Source: Chitinophagaceae bacterium
GTDB lineage: Bacteria > Bacteroidota > Bacteroidia > Chitinophagales > UBA10324
Length of the DNA: 64,000 nt
Direction: 5' to 3'
NCBI GenBank assembly: GCA_947469485.1
Contig: CANIPU010000005.1
Location: 98,199-162,198, forward strand
Shown here in pieces: positions 28,801 to 38,300 of the stretch. Under the pieces are notes generated by a model. The model searched no databases and had not been told where the DNA came from. It saw nothing but the letters and a program-made list of their open reading frames with translations. Each line of letters starts with the position of its first letter. Position 1 is the stretch's first letter. Both the position numbers and the translations under genes were made by a program.

Positions 28801-31467
28801 TTTATAGCAGACAGTACATATTCAAGTTGTCCTCCATTACCTGTAAATTTCACAAGTACTTCAACTGGTGTAGATGCAAATTCAACATATGAATGGTTTT
28901 TTGGTGATGGATCAAATAGTAATGTTCAAAATCCATTTCATATTTATAATATCCCAGGATATTATGATGTTGCATTAATTATTCATAATCAATATGGATG
29001 CGATGATACATTGCTGATTGATTCGATGATTTCAATAACCGGACCAACAGCAACCGTTGCCGTTTCTCCAACCAGCGGATGTAATCCTTTAAATGTGTGT
29101 TTCATTGCTACATCAAATACCACCACTTCATATACATGGGATTTTGGTGACGGCAATGTGGTGCCATTTGCGAATGATAGTATCTGTTATGTTTATACAA
29201 ATCCAGGTACATTTTATCCATCCTTAGTACTTGATAATGGAGCAGGATGTACTTATTCATTTCCAATAGATTCAATAGTTGCCGGCGGCCCAAATGTTTA
29301 TTGGAATCCTGATATACCATATTTGTGTAATTCAGGAACAGTTACATTTACGGATTCCACATTTGGAATATCACCTATTACTTCTTGGTTTTGGACTTTT
29401 GGTGATTCAGTAAGTGGAAATGCTGATACAAGTTTGTTGCAAAACCCTTCTCACTTTTATGATACCTTAGGAGTTTATATTGTAACACTCTTAGTTAATA
29501 CCCAAAATGGATGCAACGGAATTTTAACAGATACAGTTTTTGTATATCCTCCTCCTGTAATTGGAATTAGTGCTGATGATATAACTCCTTGCCTTAATTC
29601 AGCAGTTAATTTTAATTATAATTCAAATCAAACTATTACAACTTGGGATTGGAATTTTGGTGATCCCGCAAGCGGAATAAATAATAGTTCAAATATTTCA
29701 ACTCCCTCTCATGTATTTTCTTCAATGGGTCTATTTACTGTTACTCTTATAGCTTCTGGAATTGGTTCGTGTAGTGATACTATAACAATTGATATAAATG
29801 TGCTTTTATTACCTAATCCAAATATTTCTGCCAGTACTTCTATTTGTCCAAACGCAAGCGCTCAGCTTTCAGCGTCAAATGGTGTTTCCTACCAATGGTC
29901 ACCCGGAACATTTCTGAATAATGCTTCAATCTCTAATCCGGTTTCTTCGCCTGGTTCTAATATTACCTATACAGTTACAATAACAGATGTTAATGGATGT
30001 ATAAATTCTGACAGTGTTTCAATTTCAATTTTCAATGCTCCAGTAATTGCAGCATCTTCTCAAACAAACGATACTACCTGTTCCGGAGTTGCAATTCAAT
30101 TGAATGGTTCAGGCGGAAATCAATATGTATGGCAACCTGCAGCATTGTTGAATAATAATTCAATTCAGAATCCGACAGCAACAATTTTTAATAACACCAC
30201 ATTTACCGTAACAGGGACTGATATTAATGGTTGCACTGGTACAGCAAGTGTCGGGATTGTTGTTTTGCAAAATCCAGTTGTTGTCGCAGGATCAAACGCG
30301 ACTATCTGTTTTGGAGATACAACGCAATTAAATGCAATAGGAGGGTTAAATTATTCATGGTCACCAGCTGTTGGGTTAAGCAATACATCTATTTCAAATC
30401 CGATTGCTAATCCAACAATTACATCAACTTATACAGTAACTACTTCTGATAGCAATAATTGTATTGGATCAGCGAGTGTAATTGTAACTGTTAACCCATT
30501 ACCCAATGCTAATGCAGGTGTTGATGATACAATTTGTTTAAGTTTTTCAGCGCAATTAAACGCAGGAGGTGGACTTAATTACAGCTGGAGCCCAACAGTT
30601 TATTTGGATAATAGTTTTATTTCAAACCCTAATTGCACACCTCTGGCTGATATTACTTATACAGTAACAGTGCTGGATGCTAATAATTGTGTTGCCTTAG
30701 ATTCAGTTATAATAAGTGTTTTACCACCACCTGTATTTAATGCCTGGGGTGATACTACAATTTGTGAATTACAAACAATAGAAATAAACGCGAGCGGAGG
30801 CACCACTTATTCCTGGCAGCCAACCGTTGGTTTAAGCAATCCAAATGATTCTGCAACTTTTGTTTCACCTTCTATTACAACTGTATATTCTGTAATTATC
30901 ACTGATAATGTATGCGATGCAAGTGATACGCTTCAGGTTACAGTTACAATTATTCCACTTCCGGATGCTTATGCAGGCCCTGATGTTTCAGTAATAGCCG
31001 GTGAGAGTTACAATATTGATGCAGATGCTTCCGGCAATTTTAATTGGTCACCTCCCGAAGGATTAAGTTGTATTGAATGTGAAGATCCTGTTGCCACTCC
31101 ATTGGAAACAACCACTTATACAATAACTGCCATAAATGATTTTGGGTGTAAAGCAGAAGATTCAATGGTGATTTCTGTTACTTGCAGTGATAATATACTA
31201 TATATTCCCAATGTATTTTCACCAAATGGCAACGGAAAAAATGATGTATTCAAAGTTAGATCTTCAGGAATTCGAGAGTTGAATTTTTTAAGGGTTTATG
31301 ATCGTTGGGGTGAACTTGTTTTTGAATCTGCTGATCAGAATATCGGTTGGGATGGAACTTTCAGAGGGAAATTATTACCTCCTGCTGTTTATGTTTTTTA
31401 TCTGAAAGCAGTATGTGGTGATGGATTTATTATAGAACGACAGGGTAATGTAACTTTAGTTAGATAG
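25894..31467 (+). CDS. T9SS type-B substrate (1857 aa): ~15 PKD domains, ~6 Ig-like repeats, CTD; short paralogue of the giant protein
   Basis: Signal peptide (SKS-Q); PKD array collinear with 9666..; CTD YIPNVFSPNGNGKND...YDRWGE...WDG...QGNVTLVR. Confidence 0.93.
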   Translation: MKVFRILLFILFIFEFNQSKSQVVANFTINYQNPNCAPTTISFTNLSTGSGLTYEWNFGVNPGVNSTIINPSFSYLTCGNYIVTLIVTDGISIDTSTQTANIYCSPVASFNATPLSGCVPLTAQFNSTTAIGSAPISTYFWDFGDGNTGNFAITSHTYTISGCKSVSLIVTDANGCNDDTTMSNLICIDDQPNASFTASTNVSCSAPFTIDYTSTSTGTGTLNYQWFFPGGIPATSILSNPSVTYNTPGLYDVTLIVTNLSGCSDTLTQSNFAAIASNIADFTLNATSGCVPFVVDVQGISSSVPIAWDWSTIPNAIPASANTQNAQFTFNSAGSYQICLQITYPGGCIATKCTTIVVANYPNANFTLTGNIYTCQPPQTIDYNNASTGGPGSSYYWQFPGGVPAVWNTANPPNIVYSNCGVYNATLIVTNTAGCSDTLVYDSASVIDCPLASFIALPPAGCGPLNSIFIYTGTTGSPTSWQWNFGDPASGILNTSNLQNPIHTFNNTGCYDVSLIVSNALGCTDTVINQNMVCVGNPAIPNFSANPTVTCAYQPIAFTNLSTGTDSTTTYQWDFIGSPPFDIMNSTSDPQYLYPDTGWFDVTLVICNNGCCDTLTIDSMVHILPPIANFFVVTTCADPYNISLHAGNSIAADSFFWSVPGGIPSSTSDSVISVNYPSNGTYAIELIVQNFQTGCYDTIDQNITINNVVADFSANDSTICTPDQVCFTNLSQNASSYQWSIYNSSGNLIWSSNGANPCKTFYFAGEFDVHLIATDANGCKDTLISPQLISAFGLNLNFSGVPLSGCIPLSVDFSSAASSSVSSVVSYLWNFGDSASGFLDSASIQNPTHIYNNVGSYDVTFVTLDNHGCYDTLVIPQYVNPYQPNVSFMAIDSTVCLGESTCFFNSSFGGSLSFQWDFGDNATSASLNPCHTYLGVGDYTVTLIGSDTSGCADTMIRTLYIHVTDPQANFIADSTYSSCPPLPVNFTSTSTGVDANSTYEWFFGDGSNSNVQNPFHIYNIPGYYDVALIIHNQYGCDDTLLIDSMISITGPTATVAVSPTSGCNPLNVCFIATSNTTTSYTWDFGDGNVVPFANDSICYVYTNPGTFYPSLVLDNGAGCTYSFPIDSIVAGGPNVYWNPDIPYLCNSGTVTFTDSTFGISPITSWFWTFGDSVSGNADTSLLQNPSHFYDTLGVYIVTLLVNTQNGCNGILTDTVFVYPPPVIGISADDITPCLNSAVNFNYNSNQTITTWDWNFGDPASGINNSSNISTPSHVFSSMGLFTVTLIASGIGSCSDTITIDINVLLLPNPNISASTSICPNASAQLSASNGVSYQWSPGTFLNNASISNPVSSPGSNITYTVTITDVNGCINSDSVSISIFNAPVIAASSQTNDTTCSGVAIQLNGSGGNQYVWQPAALLNNNSIQNPTATIFNNTTFTVTGTDINGCTGTASVGIVVLQNPVVVAGSNATICFGDTTQLNAIGGLNYSWSPAVGLSNTSISNPIANPTITSTYTVTTSDSNNCIGSASVIVTVNPLPNANAGVDDTICLSFSAQLNAGGGLNYSWSPTVYLDNSFISNPNCTPLADITYTVTVLDANNCVALDSVIISVLPPPVFNAWGDTTICELQTIEINASGGTTYSWQPTVGLSNPNDSATFVSPSITTVYSVIITDNVCDASDTLQVTVTIIPLPDAYAGPDVSVIAGESYNIDADASGNFNWSPPEGLSCIECEDPVATPLETTTYTITAINDFGCKAEDSMVISVTCSDNILYIPNVFSPNGNGKNDVFKVRSSGIRELNFLRVYDRWGELVFESADQNIGWDGTFRGKLLPPAVYVFYLKAVCGDGFIIERQGNVTLVR

Positions 31468-31471
31468 CAAA

Positions 31472-32479
31472 ATGAAAACAAAACTATACATCTTGTTATT
31501 AAGTCAATTACTGAGCGTTATTTATATAAATAACTCGCTAGCTCAGGATATTCACTTTTCGCAATTTTATTCAACGCCACTTCAAGTTAATCCTGCTAAA
31601 ACAGGTTTTATAACTGGTGATTACAGACTTGCTGGAAGCTATAGGAACCAATGGTCGAGCATTACAATACCTTATGTAACTGCAGCAGGGAGCGCTGATC
31701 TTTCTTTTACCGCAGGCAAAAAGAAGAAAGATATTTTTGGAACAGGCATTATGATATTTAATGATAAAGCAGGAGATTCCAGATTTAATACTACTTACAT
31801 TGGATTAACAACGGCTTATCATAAAACAATTGACAAATACAATAATCAATTCCTGAGTTTTGGTGCAATGGGAGCTTATTGTTTAAGTAATATTAATTAT
31901 GAAGATCTTAGATGGGATGAACAATATGAAGGAGGAATTTTAACAGAGAATTTCCCTATTGGCATTAATGATTATTATGATTTATCAGCTGGATTGGAAT
32001 ACAACAACCTTATTGACAAGTACACCAATTTTACTGCCGGTGCTGCAGTTTATCATTTATTTAAACCAAATCAAACTTTTAATGATGATGGTACATCAAG
32101 GGTGTTTAGAAAACTTGTTGTAAATGTTGGCGCAAATCTGGGAATGGGAAATAAGTTTTCAGCTTATCCGAAAATTTTGTTTTCAAAACAAGGACCTTTT
32201 AACGAAATTGTAGTTGGGTATCTTCAGCGATATAGTTTGAATTATAATTATCTTAATGATTATGGTATATATCTTGGGGCATTTATGCGTTGGAACGATG
32301 CCTTTATATTCGTTACCAAGCTTGATTTAAATAAATTCACAATGGGAATATCATATGATATTAACTTCAGTCGTCTTGCATTGGTAAGTCATGCAAGGGG
32401 AGGACCTGAAATTTCTGTTTTATATACCGGAAATATCCCTGGCTTCCATAAAAAGAAAATATTTTGCCCTAGATTTTAA
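31472..32479 (+). CDS. PorP/SprF family type IX secretion membrane protein (copy 2)
   Basis: QDIHFSQFYSTPLQVNPAKTG, SYRNQW, GISYDIN, C-terminal CPRF; 4 nt after the previous stop. Confidence 0.93.
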   Translation: MKTKLYILLLSQLLSVIYINNSLAQDIHFSQFYSTPLQVNPAKTGFITGDYRLAGSYRNQWSSITIPYVTAAGSADLSFTAGKKKKDIFGTGIMIFNDKAGDSRFNTTYIGLTTAYHKTIDKYNNQFLSFGAMGAYCLSNINYEDLRWDEQYEGGILTENFPIGINDYYDLSAGLEYNNLIDKYTNFTAGAAVYHLFKPNQTFNDDGTSRVFRKLVVNVGANLGMGNKFSAYPKILFSKQGPFNEIVVGYLQRYSLNYNYLNDYGIYLGAFMRWNDAFIFVTKLDLNKFTMGISYDINFSRLALVSHARGGPEISVLYTGNIPGFHKKKIFCPRF

Positions 32480-32511
32480 TTTAGAATTTACGAATTATAA
32501 TAAATAGAAAA

Positions 32512-33615
32512 TTATCTCTTCATTACCCAAACATCAGCAATTCCATTGCTACGATATTGGCGCATACTATCTACAGCTTCTTCAGACGAATTAAAAGAGC
32601 CTTTGCCAATTCTGAAATAAGTATCCTGAATTAATACTTTAACATCGATACCTTTTTTCTTCATTTGACTAATAAATAAATCTGCCTTATTCTGCGATTT
32701 GAGGCATGCAAAAACAACAAAGTATTTTAATTCATTATTTTGAGTTAAAGAAATAGCATAAGAAATTGCTGAAGCAATTGTTGGAGATAAAGAAGAATTA
32801 TTTTCTGAAGGGGAATTGGTGCTGGCGGGAATTATTGTGGAATCAGCTTCAGGAACTATTGATGATGAAGAATCTATTGTATTAGTTTTTTCAGTAGTTT
32901 CATTAGGGGATTGGTATACTATTATTTGAACTAATGTATCCTTTCTGTGAGACGGAGCTACTTCTATTGGTTTTGAATTATTTTCATTTTTATCTGAACT
33001 AAATAATGAATTAAAGGAATTCCAAAAATTTGTTCCATTAAGATTAACTGGCTTGAAATCATTACTCACATTAATTATCTGAAAAGTAATAACTATCAAA
33101 GCCAGTAATACTCCAAAACCTGCCCAACCAAAACGGCTGCGTGATTTCTTTTTAGTCGGTTCATTTGCTAATTGATGAACAACTTCTTCGCGGCGAATAA
33201 TAGGTTTTGCTACAAACCGATCAAACCCAAAGGCATTTATCAGGTAATTGTTTTCTTCAAATGATTCGAAAAGCAAATTGTGCTCTATATCATAGTAAAA
33301 TTTTCCTACTCCTGAAATTGAAGCCTGTCCCTTTCCGGACAAATCATTTTCTAATTTTCGAACATATTGATGAATTGAAATAGCTGCGGCATCATATGAA
33401 ACACCAGTATATCGAACAATTTCACTAATCAGCAAACCATCATTATGAACCAGACTTTTATTAAAAGCAAGTGATTTATATGGTGGCGTGAAAACATTTT
33501 GAATCGGATGAACTTGTGCAGAAGCATATTGGGCCATAATTCCCCCAAAAGCAGGAATTATTACACAATCATTTCGATAAAGCAACTGCTTGATATAAGG
33601 AGATAGGTCAGTCAT
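32512..33615 (-). CDS. HU-CCDC81-like N-terminal domain, TM helix and SPOR domain protein
   Basis: YIKQLLYRNDCVIIPAFGG...FTPP...FN..L..NDGLL; TM helix GWAGFGVLLALIVITF; Ser/Thr linker; SPOR-like YFVVFAC.....A......K..G......YFRIG.G.F.S.EEA. Confidence 0.85.
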   Translation of the reverse strand: MTDLSPYIKQLLYRNDCVIIPAFGGIMAQYASAQVHPIQNVFTPPYKSLAFNKSLVHNDGLLISEIVRYTGVSYDAAAISIHQYVRKLENDLSGKGQASISGVGKFYYDIEHNLLFESFEENNYLINAFGFDRFVAKPIIRREEVVHQLANEPTKKKSRSRFGWAGFGVLLALIVITFQIINVSNDFKPVNLNGTNFWNSFNSLFSSDKNENNSKPIEVAPSHRKDTLVQIIVYQSPNETTEKTNTIDSSSSIVPEADSTIIPASTNSPSENNSSLSPTIASAISYAISLTQNNELKYFVVFACLKSQNKADLFISQMKKKGIDVKVLIQDTYFRIGKGSFNSSEEAVDSMRQYRSNGIADVWVMKR

Positions 33616-33628
33616 TATTAATTGAAGC

Positions 33629-33636
33629 CAAACTTA
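33629..33636 (-). promoter_or_regulatory. Bacteroidota sigma-A -7 box TAAGTTTG
   Basis: Matches TAnnTTTG on the minus strand, 13 nt before the ATG at 33615. Confidence 0.55.
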
Positions 33637-33722
33637 ATTGAAAAATTCAATCAAATGGATTCAATTGTTAATGTTTTTAATGTTTTGTAATTTAATTAGG
33701 CTTTTCCACCTGGAATAAACAT

Positions 33723-35336
33723 TTAGAATTTCAAAATTAAACCAGCCATTACCCCAAAACCATAATTCGGATAATTATACCACCGACGGTAAGTTGCAGC
33801 AGTTATGTTATTAAATTGTACAAACGCAGCGAAGTTCTTTTTGTAGTTATATATCATTCCAAGGTTAATATCTACATAGCCTTTATTGTATGAAGTTACA
33901 ACTGATGAATCTATTGTTAAATAATATGGAGTTTTATTGGCAGCATAAACAGAAGCATTAATCAGGATTTTTTTCTGAATATTATATTCCGCTTTTAACG
34001 AAATTTTCTGAGTTGGTAAACCATAAGCAAGATTATCAAAATCAAGTGTGTAAGTATTGTAATCGCCGGATAACAGGAGGTTTAAACGCTCTGATTCTTT
34101 ATATCCTAATTCACCGTGTAAATTGAAAACATTAGCGTCTTCTGCAAAAGAAACATTGTATCTTGTTATGAAGTTTGTATCAGGATTAAACAATGCTAAA
34201 TGGTCAACTATTTGATCTGAAACCCTAATCATAAAAGAAAAATGATTTCCAACACTTCCTTTTATTCCACCGTGAATATCCAGTAAGGTCGAATATGTTA
34301 TAGGAGAAATATCAGTTATAAATGGATTTTCTGTTGAAAGATTCTTGAAATTGTTTTTATTTATTTCACCCTTAACTCCGGCAAATGGAACCACATATTC
34401 TCCTATAAGATTGTAATGTGCTTCAATATCAGGTAAAAAATATACTGAAGTATCTGTTGGGGCAATATCAAATCCGGCATGTAAACTCCATTTGTCTTGC
34501 TTTATGGAATACATTGGTTTTATATGGATGATGGAATTAAATGAACTTGCGGAGTCTTCATTAAACTGATTGATATCTGAACCGATAAATAAACTTCCGG
34601 TGTGAATTTTATTTACTGTTTTACCTATTAATAAGCCCGGAGCAATATGCCATTCATTTCCGCCTGTTCGGTTCCAGTAGTAATAATAGTTAGCGCTGAA
34701 ATTATAATCCCAGGCTGATTTTGTTGGTTTTGTGTTTGCAAATTCAAATGAAACTTCTGTGTTCTGAAAACTTTGTTTCAATTCTTTCTTAACAAAATCA
34801 ATTAACGAACTATGATCATAGCCATAATAATATCTGATAGTTCCAGTGTATTCCGCTTTAATGTTAATTGCATTTTTTTTGAAAAACTTTTTATAATATG
34901 CTTGTATACTGTTATCTGCAAACTTCTGATAATTGAGTGATCCGCTTCCGCTATGATGCATAGCATAAATTCCTGCATCTCGTTTTTCGCTAACGCCAGT
35001 ATTTAAATTCAAAGAAACAAAAGGGGAAATCTGTGTTCCGAATCCGGCTTTTAAATAATTATTCTGAGTTACCTCCGGAGTTTCTTTTACCATAGCTATA
35101 GGATGAATATCGGCCGGAACGAAAGGAAGATTTAATAACTTGGGTTGCAAATTATAAGAGGGTGCAATTTTATTCGAATCAGCCGGGAGCAGTTTTGGAG
35201 TTGCATCAATTTTTACTGCATCGGCAAGTAATGGTTTGTAATCCGTAACCACATCTAAATTCATTCCGGGTAAATCTTTTTGCGCATAGCAAAAAGAGGG
35301 AAGAAGGGACAGAATAATAAAAATTCGTTTTAGCAT
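33723..35336 (-). CDS. Outer-membrane beta-barrel protein (TonB-dependent-receptor-like, no obvious plug)
   Basis: Signal peptide, VVTDYKPLLADAVKI N-terminal motif, amphipathic strands, ends in ...YPNYGFGVMAGLILKF. Confidence 0.8.
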   Translation of the reverse strand: MLKRIFIILSLLPSFCYAQKDLPGMNLDVVTDYKPLLADAVKIDATPKLLPADSNKIAPSYNLQPKLLNLPFVPADIHPIAMVKETPEVTQNNYLKAGFGTQISPFVSLNLNTGVSEKRDAGIYAMHHSGSGSLNYQKFADNSIQAYYKKFFKKNAINIKAEYTGTIRYYYGYDHSSLIDFVKKELKQSFQNTEVSFEFANTKPTKSAWDYNFSANYYYYWNRTGGNEWHIAPGLLIGKTVNKIHTGSLFIGSDINQFNEDSASSFNSIIHIKPMYSIKQDKWSLHAGFDIAPTDTSVYFLPDIEAHYNLIGEYVVPFAGVKGEINKNNFKNLSTENPFITDISPITYSTLLDIHGGIKGSVGNHFSFMIRVSDQIVDHLALFNPDTNFITRYNVSFAEDANVFNLHGELGYKESERLNLLLSGDYNTYTLDFDNLAYGLPTQKISLKAEYNIQKKILINASVYAANKTPYYLTIDSSVVTSYNKGYVDINLGMIYNYKKNFAAFVQFNNITAATYRRWYNYPNYGFGVMAGLILKF

Positions 35337-35377
35337 TTTAATAATTAACTGTTATCTGAAATTTTAAAATCAGCTTT

Positions 35378-38300
35378 CTATTTTAATTCAAGTGTATCCA
35401 TCTGAAATGAATGTTCAACAGAATCCTGCATTACTTTAGATTGTTCATTTTCTTTTTCAATCACTTTCAAAAGTTTTGCATTTGCCTCTGGAAGAATGTC
35501 ATCTTCTGTTTTGTAATTATCTATTATGCTTTGCAGGGTTGCTTTCGCATTAAATAAATCATTTTGTGTAAAGAATATATCACTTAGCAACAAATAACTT
35601 TTTGCAATCCAATAATTGTAAGATGGTTTCTGTTCAATCACTTTATAACACTGCGTTTCAGCAGCGGCTAATTTGTTTTCATTGAAATAAATTAAAGCAA
35701 TGCTGTATAGCGATTCGGCGCTAGTTGTTGAATTATTTCCAGATAAGACATTTGTAAACAATTCTTCAGCTTTCTGGTAGTCTTTATTAATCATAGCAAC
35801 TTTTGCTGAATAATAATTTGCTTCAGTTATATCCGCAGCTGGGGATGAATTATTAGCTAAAATCTTAGCAGCAGCATCTGATGTTTTTTTCCAGTCATTT
35901 GATTTCCATGCTGAAAGCATCATTCCTTTCAAAGCTTCCGATAAATTCTCCTTATAGTCTGCAGACAAACTTAGCAATTGGTAGTATTCGTATGCTTTAG
36001 AATAATTATTGGTAACAGTATAGCAAATACGAGCGCTTTGTAAAATTGCACGCTCTTTATAATTACCAGAAGTTTTTTCTGCCACATATGTATAATCATC
36101 CAGTGCATGTTCAAAATCTTTATTTTGAGATAAACATTCTGCTCTGTAATAATGTGCCTGAGTCGAAAATGGTCCGAATGGATAAGTATTTAAATAGTCG
36201 GTGAATCCTTGCAAAGCTTTATCATAATCGCCTGTACTGAAGTTTTGCTCTGCAGCTAAATACACGACAGAGTCTTTTGTGGCGATAGTGATTTTTGCAC
36301 CAGGTATTTCTTCAAGAAAATCATCGTAGCCTTTCGAATCTCCGGTATTAATAAATACTTGTTTCGCTGTATTCATTGCTTCTTTGCTCTCCTGAGTATT
36401 TGGGAAATTAACTGCAACAAACTTGAATTCATTTACTGCATTCTCCGTATGATTGGTATTAAAATAAATTAATCCGAGTTTTAAATGAGCTTTCTTCTGG
36501 TATGAACTATTAGGAAAGTCATTTATAACTCTATTGAAAGTAAGAATTGCATTGTCATAATCTGCTTGTTGAAAATAGGTGTTAGCTGTTTCAAAAAGAG
36601 CATCATCCAAGTAAATACTGAAAGGCATTTCGTTGTTGATACGCTGCAATTGTTTTATTTTATCTGCTGATCGATTTTGCAATCCGGCAATGATTGCTAA
36701 TTGAAATAAAGCATAGTCTTCATTGCCTGATTTCGCTTCAATTACATACTGAAAATCTTTGTTTGCTGCTTCATAATCTTTATTAACGAAATTGCAATCA
36801 CCACTTCGCATGTATAAATCGTTCGCTATTTTTTGTAATGACGATTTGCTGAGGGGACTGTTTTTTAATTCTTCTTTAGCCTGAGTAAAATAATTTTTTG
36901 CCATCAGGTAATTAGCTTGCTTCACAAAGGCATAACCTAACCCGTACTTCGCCAATAGAACTGAAGCACCCGAATTACCATTGCCATAATTTTTCTGCAA
37001 TTCAATATATTTTGAATAATCGGTAACAGCATCTTTGTAATTTTTATTGTCAGATGCTATTTCACCCTTCCAGAAGTAGCAATCTGCTTCAATACTATGA
37101 TCAATAGGGTTCTTTAACGATTCATCTAAAGTTTTATCAGCTTCATCAAAATTTTTATCGGCATTTAATTGCATAGCCCTGTTAAATGCAATGCGTTGAT
37201 AGGACTTCCGTATTGAAGGGCTCAATCCATCCAGACCACGAATTATCTCAAGTGCTCCTTTGTAATTATTAGTTCCTGCCAACAATGAAACGAGACTTTC
37301 CTTGGCATCAGCATTGAATTTGCTTTTCGGATAATCATTAATGAACTCCTGAAATACTTTGCTGGCAACATCCTGAAAACCTAATTCCCAGGAAAGCTGG
37401 GCATAGTTGTAGGCTGCCTGTTCTTTTACAGCTTTATCGAAATCCAATTTTGAGGCATTTAACAAAGCATTTCGCGCATCATTTTTTTTGTTCTTTTTTA
37501 AATAGCAATCAGCCAATAAAAACAAACTGTTTTGGCCGAGAGAATCCTTTAAACCTGTGAGTGCAAGAAAATGTACCATTGCCTCATCATATTTTTTTGT
37601 TTTGTATTCGCAATAGGCAATCTGGTATACATCGCTTTTTAAATTTTGCGCGGTTTTGTTGTAATAATCTTTAAGGAAAGGAAGTGCAGTAGAATATTCT
37701 CCTGTATTAAAATATGATTTCCCAATCAGTTGTCTCATTTCATTTGTGTATTTTAAATCAGTGCGCTCTAATAAAGGCACTGCATAAAGCAACACTTCTT
37801 CATATTCACCTTTTAAAAATTCAATCTGAGAAATGTAGTATGGTACAATTGGAGAATATAATTTACTGTCCTTAATTAAATTGAAACTTGCAAGAGCCTC
37901 GTCATATTTTTTTTGTGTGTAGGTAATGTATCCATAATAATAATTTGCAGGATAGTAATATTTGTTTTGAATGGTTTTCACCTGTTCAAAATAGGGTAGA
38001 GCTTCAGTAAATTTTTGTTTATAGAAATAACTGTATCCTATCTGAAAACGAAATTCGTTGGTTTGAGAAACATTTAAATCATAAACATCTACCTGCTTAA
38101 AATAAGTAAGCGCTTTATCATATTTTTTATTTGAATAATAGATTGTCCCTAAGTGATAATATGCCAGCCTTGTAACAGGGTTCTCTCCATATTCTTCAAG
38201 TAGTTGAACAAAGAATTGTTCAGCCTGAGGTTGTATTAATTCTTTACTGCTTAAGGCACGATAATACTTTGCATTCATTACCAGATTTTCAGGGGCATCA

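Noticed and set aside
9666-31467. Abundant N-x-S/T sequons suggesting N-glycosylation
   Set aside because: Expected from the very high Asn/Ser/Thr content; no PglB-like enzyme is identifiable here
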